A stretch of 64,000 nt of DNA from assembly GCA_030527115.1 (NCBI GenBank), contig JAUNBM010000004.1:1153-65152 (forward strand), in the 5' to 3' direction. Within the stretch, counting starts at the first letter, position 1. Each line of letters begins with the position of its first letter. The position numbers were made by a program, and so were the translations under genes. This document shows, in pieces, positions 27,129 to 36,289 of the stretch. This DNA comes from Clostridia bacterium. Its GTDB lineage: Bacteria; Bacillota; Clostridia; Christensenellales; CAG-138. The notes beneath the pieces are model-generated. The model had not been told where the DNA came from. It saw only the letters and a list, made by a program, of their open reading frames with translations, and made no database searches.

Positions 27129-28421
27129 TTATTGCCCTGTTGTGATTGTCGAGCCTACGCCCGCCAATATATTCGTGACGCTGTTGTACATCTGCGTGCC
27201 GTGCAGATATTCCTCCGTTCCGTTGACCGAAAGGAACGGGCGGAATGCAAAGTTCATATCCTGAGCCTCGCTAACTCCGTCGATTATCAGTACAAAGGTA
27301 ATCGTGGTATCATCGTTAGCATAGACCTTAAAGCCGGCTTCGCGAAGCAGGGTAACAAGCGCCGCCGCATCCGCCGCACTTTCCATTGCATCCGTCCATA
27401 TAACGTCGTTCCTTGCCGTACTCGTTGCGCCGGAACTGCCATAGAAAGCGATGGAATCGTTGTTAGCTCCGGTCATCACCGGAACACTTTCGCCGTTTAT
27501 CTGAGCGCGGAATCCATAGTTGAAGCTTTCTCCCACAGCAAGCATCGCTTTTAGTTCCCTTACTCCTATCGTTGCCCCAAAGCGAATCTTCTCGCCCGTT
27601 ACCGTCCAAGCTTGAGCGCCCAAGGTGTTGGCATTGATGCGGGTGCCGATGATATAATCGCTATGGTGATACGTATCGCCGTAGTTGGCATAATCAACGG
27701 TGTGTATCCAGAAAGGTGTGGTGGATTGATCATTAAATGTATAGTCGGAATAGTAGTAAAGGCAGTTCCGAATTACCTCCTTGGTAGAAACGCCATAACA
27801 AGTCATATCAAGAAGAAAGCCCTCTGTGTCCGCTTCTAATATTATTGGAAATCCGTAATCAGACGATGGCTGCATTCGATAAATAAATAATCCACGATAA
27901 TAACACTCATCGATTATTAATTTGCCGAACGTGGACGCACAACCTTCGAAAGCATAAGTACATACTTCAGTGCAAGGGTAAGGGATAGTATAGCTTGCAA
28001 CCTTTCTATTTTGAGGATATTTAATTAATCGGCCCATACCCTTTGAAAACAATACGCCGTCAACGGATGTATAATTGGGGTTGTCGGGGTGTACATAGAT
28101 AGCGCTTAACGAAGTACAGCCAATAAAAGTTAATGTCTGGAAATTTTGCGCTGAAGACGAAAGAGTAAATGAGGTTAGTTCAGTGCAGTTTTCGAACGCT
28201 TCTTCCGCAAGAGTCGTCGGATATGAAACTCCATTCTCCATTATCGTCTCCGGCATCACCAGATCTCCAACAGGATTGGTATGTCCGGTTATTGCCGCCA
28301 TGCCTGAGTCAACAACATAAATCCAGCCTTCCGCAGTCGTTCCGTCCGCAGATGATACGCCAGCGGGAATTAGCGTCATCACGAGCAGGAGAACAAGGAT
28401 GATTAATAATCCTTTTTTCAT
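27129..28421 (-). CDS. secreted BspA-type leucine-rich-repeat protein with unknown C-terminal domain
   Basis: A signal peptide is followed by LRR_5-like segments (AFENCTELTSFTL, FIGCTSLSAIYV, AFEGC). GC is lower than in neighbouring genes. Confidence 0.7.
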   Translation of the reverse strand: MKKGLLIILVLLLVMTLIPAGVSSADGTTAEGWIYVVDSGMAAITGHTNPVGDLVMPETIMENGVSYPTTLAEEAFENCTELTSFTLSSSAQNFQTLTFIGCTSLSAIYVHPDNPNYTSVDGVLFSKGMGRLIKYPQNRKVASYTIPYPCTEVCTYAFEGCASTFGKLIIDECYYRGLFIYRMQPSSDYGFPIILEADTEGFLLDMTCYGVSTKEVIRNCLYYYSDYTFNDQSTTPFWIHTVDYANYGDTYHHSDYIIGTRINANTLGAQAWTVTGEKIRFGATIGVRELKAMLAVGESFNYGFRAQINGESVPVMTGANNDSIAFYGSSGATSTARNDVIWTDAMESAADAAALVTLLREAGFKVYANDDTTITFVLIIDGVSEAQDMNFAFRPFLSVNGTEEYLHGTQMYNSVTNILAGVGSTITTGQ

Positions 28422-28540
28422 CTTTTACCTCCGTTTAAGTATATTTTGATATCCAAATGGATATCTTGACTGTATTGTAACCTGCATTGTTTATAATGTC
28501 AAGAGAATTTTTATAATTTTGCTGAAATAATGGTGCAATA

Positions 28541-28792
28541 ATGAAAGTTTTTATTAGGATTCGCGATTTGCGCGAAGATCATGATCTGTCTCAGCGGCAG
28601 ATTGCCGCCCTGCTCGGGATAACTCAGGCGCAGTACAACCGATACGAGCAGGGGCATCGCGACCTGCCCACGCGGATTCTAATTCAGCTTGCGGAGCTGT
28701 TTAACACCTCTATCGACTATCTTCTCGGTCTCACCGACGAGCCAACCCCCTATCCCCCATCGAAATTTAAGAGCCTCCCGCCCCACGGTTAA
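28541..28792 (+). CDS. XRE-family HTH transcriptional regulator
   Basis: It has IRDLREDHDLSQRQIAALLGITQAQYNRYEQG and the common ending IDYLLGLTDE. It is divergent from the LRR gene. Confidence 0.85.
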   Translation: MKVFIRIRDLREDHDLSQRQIAALLGITQAQYNRYEQGHRDLPTRILIQLAELFNTSIDYLLGLTDEPTPYPPSKFKSLPPHG

Positions 28793-29061
28793 AAAACCTC
28801 TTTCCTTCCCTTTTCTCCCGTCCTCGAGTTCAGAACAACTCCCGCTCCATTTTTTTATATTCGATGCTGTAAAAAAGCCAAATTCTGCTCTATCGAAGGG
28901 CAAAATTTGCAAAAATTACCGAATAATAATTCAATACTTGACAAAAATCTCCAAAAGTGATTATCTATATAATGGGGGTTTATATAAATATGTTACAGCT
29001 ATCGGATACCGATTGTTTCGACTTATTTTCCCGCCCGTTTCGGTCTTTTAAATTCGCGCAT

Positions 29062-29098
29062 AATAAAAAGCCCCGTCTTTTTTTAAGCTTCGGGGGCT
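29062..29098 (-). terminator. terminator after the 29121-30038 gene
   Basis: Stem AGCCCCG/CGGGGGCT (29069-29075 with 29091-29098) is followed by a T-rich run on the minus strand (plus-strand ataaaa at 29063-29068). Confidence 0.6.
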
Positions 29099-29120
29099 TT
29101 AGCTTTAATATTATGCCGCT

Positions 29121-30038
29121 TTATTCCTCGTAATCGTCGTCGTCCTCCTCGACGAACTCAAAGAGCTTGCGGCGCTTTTTCTTTTGCGGCTGTTCCGGCT
29201 CGTCGTCCCAGTCCTCATCGTCCAGCTCCGCTTCCTCCTCGCCGCCTTCCAGCATACGGTGGAACCAGCCCATCTTCTTCTTGGGCTTCTTGCCCTCCGG
29301 CTCGTCCTCGCCATAGTAATCGTCGGATTCATACTCCGAAATCTCCGCCTTTGGGCGCGTCTGGGTTTGCGGTTCGGGCGCGGGGCGCGCAGTCTGGGGA
29401 TTCCGCTGAGGCGCGGGTTGTGGCGCGGGCTCGGGCTGTCTTACAACCGGCGCGGGTTCAGTCCGCCTGACTATCGGCGCGGGTTCCGCCTGCGTAGCCG
29501 GACGCGGCCTTACTCCCAGCTCACTGCGGTTGTTGTTAATCATGCCGATGTAATCGCTGAAATAGCGCTGAACATCCGCGAGGATATCGTCGGCATACTG
29601 CCTTGCGCCTTCGCTTATCGCCGCCGCGTTCTCCTCGGTCTCCGCCATGAGCTGTTGGGCGCGGAACGACGCCTCGCGGTACACCGAGGTTTCGGCTACG
29701 AGCGACTCATATTCCTGAACCGACTGATTGTAAATCTTCTCGGCGGTCTGCTGGGCCTTCTGCATCAGCGCCTCCGCCTCCTGCCGCGCATTCTCTATCA
29801 TCTCCTCCGCCTGCTCGTTAGCGTCGCGCAGGGTATTCGCTTCCTCAGCGATTATGCCGCTCGCCCTTCTTATATCCTCAGGAATCATAACCTTTAGGTC
29901 GCCCAGAAGATCGAACAACTCGTCCACCTCGACGATACGCTTGCTCGGCGTACCGAACTTGGTTTTCGGACTGTCCTCCAAAACCTGCTCAATCTTAGAA
30001 ATGATGCTGTAAATCTTCATCGTTTGTGCGCTGCTCAT
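29121..30038 (-). CDS. coiled-coil protein with Pro-rich linker and acidic tail
   Basis: The N-terminal half is Ala/Glu/Gln-rich and helical, followed by PAP/EPAP repeats and an acidic C-terminus. It overlaps the coaD stop by 4 nt. Confidence 0.6.
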   Translation of the reverse strand: MSSAQTMKIYSIISKIEQVLEDSPKTKFGTPSKRIVEVDELFDLLGDLKVMIPEDIRRASGIIAEEANTLRDANEQAEEMIENARQEAEALMQKAQQTAEKIYNQSVQEYESLVAETSVYREASFRAQQLMAETEENAAAISEGARQYADDILADVQRYFSDYIGMINNNRSELGVRPRPATQAEPAPIVRRTEPAPVVRQPEPAPQPAPQRNPQTARPAPEPQTQTRPKAEISEYESDDYYGEDEPEGKKPKKKMGWFHRMLEGGEEEAELDDEDWDDEPEQPQKKKRRKLFEFVEEDDDDYEE

Positions 30039-30523
30039 TGCCTTGCCAACCTTTCCCGTATAAAATTCAGATTATATTCCGGAACCAGCCCGTGTAAATC
30101 CCCGCCGTAGCTCCCGATTTCTTTCACATTGCTTGAGCTTAGGAAAGAATGCGCGGGGTTTGCCATAAAATAAACGGTCTGGATCCCGTCGTTCAAATGA
30201 CGATTGATAGCGTCAATTTGAAATTCGTATTCAAAGTCGCTCGTCGCCCGAAGGCCGCGGATGATGTATCTCGCGCCTATACTGCGCGCATACTCCACCA
30301 AAAGCCCGTCAAAGGTGCCGGAGACAACGTTATCAAGCCCCTCCGCCCTTATCACATTCTCTATCATGGTTACGCGATCGGCTACGGAGAAGCTTGCGCT
30401 CTTACTGACATTATATAACACAGCGACGTATAATTTGTCAAACAATGGAGCCGCATTTTTCAACACGTCCAAATGTCCGACCGTAAACGGGTCAAAACTG
30501 CCCGGATAAACGCCGATCTTCAT
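30035..30523 (-). CDS. coaD: phosphopantetheine adenylyltransferase
   Basis: It has the YPGSFDPFTVGHLD nucleotidyltransferase motif and is about 160 aa. Confidence 0.92.
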   Translation of the reverse strand: MKIGVYPGSFDPFTVGHLDVLKNAAPLFDKLYVAVLYNVSKSASFSVADRVTMIENVIRAEGLDNVVSGTFDGLLVEYARSIGARYIIRGLRATSDFEYEFQIDAINRHLNDGIQTVYFMANPAHSFLSSSNVKEIGSYGGDLHGLVPEYNLNFIRERLARQ

Positions 30524-31080
30524 AAGCCGTCCTCGCAAATCATCATCGTTATGCCGCACCGCCCGAACTTCCTCGTCCGCTTCACGCGCATCAGCCCTTC
30601 CTTTGGCTTCGGCGGCGAGCCTATATCGTGTTCCACCACGACGACCCCGCCCTCCTTAACAAGCCCCTGCGTGAAGAGCAGCTCCAGCGCGTCCTGCGCG
30701 ACATTTTCATAGTAGGGTGCGTCCAAAAAAACAATGTCGAAACGCTCCCCGCTCAACTTCAGCCGTTCTATCGCCTCGCGATAGTCGAACCGCCAAACGC
30801 TGATTATCCCGTCAAGGTCGAGTTTTTCGGCATTGCTCTTTATAATGGAAACGCATTCCGCGTCGTTATCGTTGCAAATAACCTTCGCCGCGCCTCTCGA
30901 CGCCGCCTCCAAGCCCATGCCGCCCGAACCCGCGAATAAGTCTAACACGTTGGACTGCGGAATGTCAAACTGCAAGCTGCCAAATACGCTCTCCTTGACT
31001 CGCGCTATCGTCGGTCTGGTAGCCAAGCCTTCCTTCGTATCAAAGCTGCGCCCCCGCGCGCTACCGGCTATAATGCGCAA
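30520..31080 (-). CDS. rsmD: 16S rRNA (guanine966-N2)-methyltransferase
   Basis: RIIAGSARGR, LDLFAGSGGMGLEA and a DAPY (DPPY-type) motif are present. The rsmD-coaD pairing is conserved. Confidence 0.88.
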   Translation of the reverse strand: MRIIAGSARGRSFDTKEGLATRPTIARVKESVFGSLQFDIPQSNVLDLFAGSGGMGLEAASRGAAKVICNDNDAECVSIIKSNAEKLDLDGIISVWRFDYREAIERLKLSGERFDIVFLDAPYYENVAQDALELLFTQGLVKEGGVVVVEHDIGSPPKPKEGLMRVKRTRKFGRCGITMMICEDGL

Positions 31081-31258
31081 AATCAGCCTCCGAACCCCAA
31101 CATATTGTTTATCAATCCCATTTTAACACCACCCCTTGAAAATAGCAAGAACTTTTTGAACAAATTGTTAACAATCCTGTTATTTTTCACAAGCCGCTTG
31201 CATTTATCTCCAATCAGGGCGAAAATAGAGCTGATATTTTTAAGAAAGCGTGATTTCT

Positions 31259-32365
31259 ATGCGAAACACTTTTGCCACGGTATCCCTCGGCGCTATAGAA
31301 AAAAACCTCGGCTTGATTAAGAGCGGGCTGAAAGGGGGCGCGATGCTTTGCGCCGTCGTCAAGGCGGACGCTTACGGCCACGGCGCCGTTGAGGTCAGCC
31401 GCTTCATTCAGGAGAAGAAGCTGGCGGATTATCTCGCGGTCGCTCTCGTTGAGGAAGGCGTTATCCTTCGAAAGCGCGGGATTGAGCTACCTATTATAAT
31501 CCTGGGCGCGTCCAACTCAGGCGATGTTCAAAACCTCGTTTCCTACGGCCTGTCCCCCGCCGAATCCTCGCTCGATTTTTTGCGCCTCCTGCAAGCCGAA
31601 GCCCGCCGCCGCGAAAAGCGCATCGGCGTTCACATCAAGGTCGATACCGGCATGAACCGCCGCGGTCTTAGAACGCACGAGGAATTTTCCTCCATCCTTG
31701 CCGCTTTTTCAAGCGAACTTCCCAATCTTTATATGCAGGGTCTCTGCACCCACTTTGCCGAATCCTCCCGCCTCGATTCGGACTACACCGACAGGCAGGC
31801 GGAGCTTTTTCTCTCCTATGTCCGCGAGGCGCAAAACGCGGGCTTCGAGCCCATCGTTCACTGCTGTAACAGCGGCGGCGCACTCCTGCGCCCGAACCTG
31901 CATTTTGACATGGTGCGCGTTGGCATAGCCATGTACGGCTACGACCCCGAACCGCAGTTGGCTCAGCCGTCGAAACTGATCCCCGCCATGGGGCTTCAGT
32001 CGCAAATCGTCAATGTATTTGAGTTAAAAGCCGGACAGAGCCTGAGCTATGGGCTCAATTACGCCGCTTCGACGGATATTCGCGTTGCCACCGTCTCCAT
32101 CGGTTACGCCGACGGCTATATGCGCGCGCTCAGCAACAAGGCGCAAGCCGTTATCGGCGGCCAGCTCTGCCCGCAGATCGGAACCATCTGCATGGATCAT
32201 GCGATGTTCGACGTGAGCGGCGTCTCGAACGCTCAAATCGGCGATCCCGTCATCCTAATTGGCGGCGGCATTACAGCCGATCAGCTCGCCTACCTTGCGG
32301 GAACTATAAGCTATGAAGTCCTGACCGGCATATCCGCCAGAGTTCCCCGCGTTTATTACTATTGA
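31259..32365 (+). CDS. alr: alanine racemase
   Basis: It has the PLP-lysine motif AVVKADAYGHG and a C-terminal SYEVLT block. Confidence 0.9.
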   Translation: MRNTFATVSLGAIEKNLGLIKSGLKGGAMLCAVVKADAYGHGAVEVSRFIQEKKLADYLAVALVEEGVILRKRGIELPIIILGASNSGDVQNLVSYGLSPAESSLDFLRLLQAEARRREKRIGVHIKVDTGMNRRGLRTHEEFSSILAAFSSELPNLYMQGLCTHFAESSRLDSDYTDRQAELFLSYVREAQNAGFEPIVHCCNSGGALLRPNLHFDMVRVGIAMYGYDPEPQLAQPSKLIPAMGLQSQIVNVFELKAGQSLSYGLNYAASTDIRVATVSIGYADGYMRALSNKAQAVIGGQLCPQIGTICMDHAMFDVSGVSNAQIGDPVILIGGGITADQLAYLAGTISYEVLTGISARVPRVYYY

Positions 32366-32398
32366 TAAGCCTTTTTGCGGCTTTTAAGCCGATGGAAA

Positions 32399-32432
32399 GG
32401 GCAGGAGGTTGACCGCTTCCTGCCCTTTTTTT
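32399..32432 (+). terminator. rho-independent terminator after alr
   Basis: A 10-bp stem (32399-32408 with 32416-25) is followed by T7 at 32426-32432. Confidence 0.8.
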
Positions 32433-32452
32433 ACCGTACTCGCTTACGTTTT

Positions 32453-33553
32453 TTAGTTGCCGTTTGAGAACAGCCAGATCAGCAACGCCACGAACCCAAT
32501 TCCGAGAAGCAGGGCTATCGCCACGCGCAACGGGGAAATCGGAATCTTGCCTCCGACTTTACCGGTCTGTCCGTTAACCAAAAACTCGTAGGTCTTATCC
32601 TTATAGCGGAACGAGGACAGCCACAGCGGCAAGAGCAGGTATTTATAGGTCACGCCGGAAAAGATGGTCGAGAAATTCAAATTGGAAACCTTGTCGGCGT
32701 GGTTCACCCGCTTTATATGGGACTCGATATGGCTGCGCAGTTTCCGCTTCATCGAGACCTTGGCATTCTCCCAGCCCTGATCCAGCCCGACCGAATACCG
32801 CTCCGAAATGAACCCTGCCACATACTCCGGCCTGTACGCCTTGTTTTCCTCGGTTCGATAGGGCTCGATGCGCTGGAGCATATTCTTGTCGTGCCTGGAG
32901 CTTGCCGCCACAAGCTCGTCGTTGAAAAACCGCGAATAATCGCCGGAGGTGCGGTACCAATCGGTCACCGTAACCGTGTCGCCTTCCTTGTTGGTTTGGG
33001 TTCTGTCCTTGCCGTACTGTGCGGTATAATGGGAAAAGGTTTGGCTGTCAAAAGTCCAGTACGGCAGGTACACGCCCTTGAACGAATCGGGGCGCGCGCT
33101 CTTCTTTGCCTTGGACGGGCAGAAAAGCTGTCTTTTTATCCATTTTCCGAAGTTCGCGCCCGCCTGCTTGTCGCTTATCAAAAACGGGCAGACCCCGTTC
33201 GGAGCTAAAGTGTTTACGCCCTTTGCCTCGGTAACCTGATTTGAGCCGCAGTACGGGCATTCGTTGGAGATCTGTAACGCATCGTAAACCGACTCCGCGC
33301 CGCAGGCCTTGCATATGACCGTCTTTTTTTCGGCTCCCCAGTCGCAGTTGCCGCGAAGCTCCGCGTCCTTAAAGCTCAGCTCCTGCGCCGCTTCCTCGCC
33401 GTCCTCCCCCTGCAAGGGTATCTCCTCTCGATACTCGCAATAGGGGCAATAGAGGCCTCCGCTCTCCGGCGAATAGTCCATAGTAGCTCCGCAGTTGGGA
33501 CATTTTCTGTCCGTTTCTTCCATAGTTTTTGCCTGCTTGATTATATCTTCCAT
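32453..33553 (-). CDS. zinc-ribbon protein with C-terminal membrane anchor
   Basis: It has three CxxC...CxxC pairs (CPNCG..CPYC, CKACG..CPYCG) and a C-terminal TM segment (VAIALLLGIGFVALLIWLF). Confidence 0.6.
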   Translation of the reverse strand: MEDIIKQAKTMEETDRKCPNCGATMDYSPESGGLYCPYCEYREEIPLQGEDGEEAAQELSFKDAELRGNCDWGAEKKTVICKACGAESVYDALQISNECPYCGSNQVTEAKGVNTLAPNGVCPFLISDKQAGANFGKWIKRQLFCPSKAKKSARPDSFKGVYLPYWTFDSQTFSHYTAQYGKDRTQTNKEGDTVTVTDWYRTSGDYSRFFNDELVAASSRHDKNMLQRIEPYRTEENKAYRPEYVAGFISERYSVGLDQGWENAKVSMKRKLRSHIESHIKRVNHADKVSNLNFSTIFSGVTYKYLLLPLWLSSFRYKDKTYEFLVNGQTGKVGGKIPISPLRVAIALLLGIGFVALLIWLFSNGN

Positions 33554-33610
33554 GCCTAACCTCCGTTTGTAACTTTAATATACTACCAAATTTCGCCTCG
33601 CGTCAATACC

Positions 33611-34681
33611 TCACGACCACGGAATCGCAACCGTAAATTCCTCCGCATCCACGTCCATCCAATAGCGCTCGTCAAGCTCAAAGCCCTCGTCAAACATATT
33701 GTAATCATCCAGATAGGGCGAATATGTCAGCATCTTGATACAGCCGTTTTGCTCGTCCACCTGCATCAGCCTGAAATAGCCGCTCCCGCCGTAATCGCCC
33801 GCCGCCTGATAGTTCATCATCATCTCCAGAACCGTCCGCCCGCCTTCGTCAAGCTTGACCTCCCTGGCGTAGATTCCATATCTGTGCCCGCACAGCACCA
33901 TATACACGTTGTCGTTGGGAACGACCACCTTCTCAAACCACTCCTCCCCGGCATCGCTGTATGTCCCCTCGCTCGTATAATAGTCGTGCAGGCAGAGGAT
34001 GGCAACCCTGTCTGGGAAGCTTTGGAGGGTTTCGTTGACCCAGTTAAACGCCGCCTTGTCCGGCGCGTGGCTCATATAAACGAAGATGTACTCCGTCTCC
34101 CCCGCGTTTATCAAATCATAGTGCCCGTGATTATCGAGATAAGCCCCGCCATAATAGGGTCTGTCCTGATATCGTTCCCTGCCGAAATACTTGTCATAGT
34201 ATTCGTAGCCGCCGGTGGTGGGCTCCATATCGTGATTGCCCGCCAAAACCCCGTTGGGTATCCGGTCTATGATCCGCATCGCCTCGTCGGCAACCTTCCA
34301 CTCGTCCTCGACCTCATTGTTGTGGACAAAATCGCCGGTAAACACGATATAGGCAAGCCGCATCCTTTCGCAATTTAGGGACAAAAATTCGGTCATGGAC
34401 AAAAATATCTCCGGAAACTGTGCGGAATAGTGCTGGGTGTCGGACAGCCACGCAATGCTGTACACCCCTTCTCCCACCTCATACGGCTCGGGAACCGGAG
34501 TAGGCGCGGGCGTGGAGGTTGGGGTAGGCTCAAGGGAACTCGTCTCGATTATAACGGGCTGAACTCCGGTGGAGGGCGCGAGGGTAGCCACCGCTATCCT
34601 ATCGTCCTCCGCCTCGATTAAACCGCAGGCGCAGGCTAACAGCAAGGGTAACAAGGCGGCGGTCAGAATCAGCTTTTTCAT
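33611..34681 (-). CDS. metallophosphoesterase lipoprotein
   Basis: It has a lipobox (LLLACACG) and the calcineurin-like motifs SDTQH, GDFVH, GNHD and CGHRY. Confidence 0.8.
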   Translation of the reverse strand: MKKLILTAALLPLLLACACGLIEAEDDRIAVATLAPSTGVQPVIIETSSLEPTPTSTPAPTPVPEPYEVGEGVYSIAWLSDTQHYSAQFPEIFLSMTEFLSLNCERMRLAYIVFTGDFVHNNEVEDEWKVADEAMRIIDRIPNGVLAGNHDMEPTTGGYEYYDKYFGRERYQDRPYYGGAYLDNHGHYDLINAGETEYIFVYMSHAPDKAAFNWVNETLQSFPDRVAILCLHDYYTSEGTYSDAGEEWFEKVVVPNDNVYMVLCGHRYGIYAREVKLDEGGRTVLEMMMNYQAAGDYGGSGYFRLMQVDEQNGCIKMLTYSPYLDDYNMFDEGFELDERYWMDVDAEEFTVAIPWS

Positions 34682-35292
34682 TCCATCCCTCCTATGAACC
34701 ATCTTCTTATCCGAAGCGGCCTGTCCGAATAGGCGCAGAGGAAGCAGTTTGCAAAGCTCTCCTCATAGAATGCCTTTCCGGACGTTTCGATGGAGCGCAT
34801 CGGCAGGGTGAACCCCAGCCCGCTCCACTTTTGAACGCTCTCTTTACGCGCCCAAAGCTTTAAAACGGCATCGTCCCCGTCTGTCGCGCTCCGCAATTCC
34901 TCCCTCTCCCTTGCGGTTGCGATTCTGTCCGCCAGCCCCGTCCGAACGGGTCGCTTTCGAACGAGATCCAAACCGACCGGCGCCGTGGAAAGCAAAACGG
35001 CGGCATAATCCCCGTCGTGGCTCAATGAAAAATGCAGTCCGGGGCAGTCTGAAAGCTCCGGCTTGCCGTGCGCCCCCGTTTCAATCCGGCAGGGAGGAAA
35101 AAAGCCGGGCTTTGCGGCGCTCAACGCCTCCAGCGTCAGATACTCCACCAAAAGTCCGAGGTTTTTTGCGCCGGAATCCGCAACCGTCTCAAGCTTTTGC
35201 CGCCGGTATTCGCTTATCGCCGTTCCCCATTTGGCCCTCAGCGCATCGAGCGCGAACAGCGATGCTATATACAGCCTGTCCTCCTCTAACAT
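34678..35292 (-). CDS. 4'-phosphopantetheinyl transferase (Sfp-type)
   Basis: FSLSHDGDYA and WARKESVQKW motifs are present. Confidence 0.8.
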   Translation of the reverse strand: MLEEDRLYIASLFALDALRAKWGTAISEYRRQKLETVADSGAKNLGLLVEYLTLEALSAAKPGFFPPCRIETGAHGKPELSDCPGLHFSLSHDGDYAAVLLSTAPVGLDLVRKRPVRTGLADRIATAREREELRSATDGDDAVLKLWARKESVQKWSGLGFTLPMRSIETSGKAFYEESFANCFLCAYSDRPLRIRRWFIGGME

Positions 35293-35439
35293 ACCCTTAT
35301 CCTATCACAGCGCCTTCAAAAAAACAATGCCGGATTGCGCCGTCGAAGCGATAAGCCTTGCTATAGCTCGTTTGGCTTGCCCTTTGGACGGCTTTTGATT
35401 TCGGCAAAAAAAGGTTTTTTGGCGAACGCGATGAGGAGC

Positions 35440-35469
35440 GTTTATTTTCGCCGCTTTAGGGCAACGCTA
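35440..35469 (+). promoter_or_regulatory. candidate forespore sigma-F-type promoter upstream of sigG
   Basis: GTTTA, a 15-nt spacer, then GGCAACGCTA. Against the B. subtilis sigma-F consensus GYWTA-15-GGnnAnAHTR this has one mismatch. It ends 41 nt upstream of the sigG start. Confidence 0.35.
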
Positions 35470-35510
35470 AAGGAGCGTGAAGGGGGAAAACTATTTCGGA
35501 GGATATTTTT

Positions 35511-36281
35511 TTGATACCCAAGGTAGAAATTTCCGGCGTTGACACCGCCTCCCTTCCCACATTGAGCGCACAGGAGCTTCAGGAGCTGCTTATACAGGTT
35601 AAATCCGGCGACGAAGCCGCCCGCGAGCGCTTTATACACTGCAATCTCAGGCTCGTCCTCTCCGTCGTTCAACGCTTTTTAAACCGGGGCGAGCAGGCGG
35701 ACGATCTCTTTCAGGTTGGGTGCATCGGGCTTATCAAAGCGATTGAAAACTTCGATCTAAAGCACGAGGTGCGCTTTTCGACCTATGCGGTTCCGATGAT
35801 AATTGGAGAAATCCGCCGCCATCTGCGCGACTATACCGCGCTTCGCGTTTCCCGCTCCCTGCGCGATACAGCCTATAAAGCGATGCAGACGAAAAACCGC
35901 TTACAGGACACGAGCTGTAAAGAGCCCACCATAGCCGAAATCGCAAAGGAGATGAGCCTGCCCGAGGAGGAGGTCGTCTTTGCTTTGGACGCGATAGCCG
36001 AACCCGTCTCGCTCTATGAGCCCGTCTTTCACGACGACGGCGACGCGCTCTTTGTTATCGACCAGATAAAGGACACCAAGACCAGCGAGCAAAAATGGCT
36101 CAACTCGATATCCCTGGAGGAGGGCATTTCGAGCCTCAACGAGCGCGAGCAAAAAATCCTCCGGCTCCGCTACTTCGTGGGCAAAACACAGATGGAGGTC
36201 AGCCGCGAGATCGGCATTTCTCAGGCGCAGGTTTCGAGGCTCGAAAAGGGAGCGCTCAAACATTTGCAGAAGTACGTTTGA
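35511..36281 (+). CDS. sigG: sporulation sigma factor SigG
   Basis: It is near-colinear with B. subtilis SigG as I recall it (VEICGVDTS.LP, NLRLVLSV.QRF, FSTYAVPMIIGEIRR.LRD, GISQAQVSRLEK). The start is TTG. Confidence 0.88.
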   Translation: MIPKVEISGVDTASLPTLSAQELQELLIQVKSGDEAARERFIHCNLRLVLSVVQRFLNRGEQADDLFQVGCIGLIKAIENFDLKHEVRFSTYAVPMIIGEIRRHLRDYTALRVSRSLRDTAYKAMQTKNRLQDTSCKEPTIAEIAKEMSLPEEEVVFALDAIAEPVSLYEPVFHDDGDALFVIDQIKDTKTSEQKWLNSISLEEGISSLNEREQKILRLRYFVGKTQMEVSREIGISQAQVSRLEKGALKHLQKYV

Positions 36282-36289
36282 CCGCAACC

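Noticed and set aside
29330-29520. Repetitive Pro/Ala/Glu-coding DNA inside the 29121-30038 gene.
   Set aside because: It is a low-complexity linker of a coiled-coil protein. The DNA repeats are imperfect and in frame, so this is not an independent repeat element.
35293-35510. Spo0A boxes or a sigma-G-type promoter upstream of sigG.
   Set aside because: I found no clear TGTCGAA-type box and no GHATR-18-CATxHTA match. Only the sigma-F-like candidate is reported, at low confidence.
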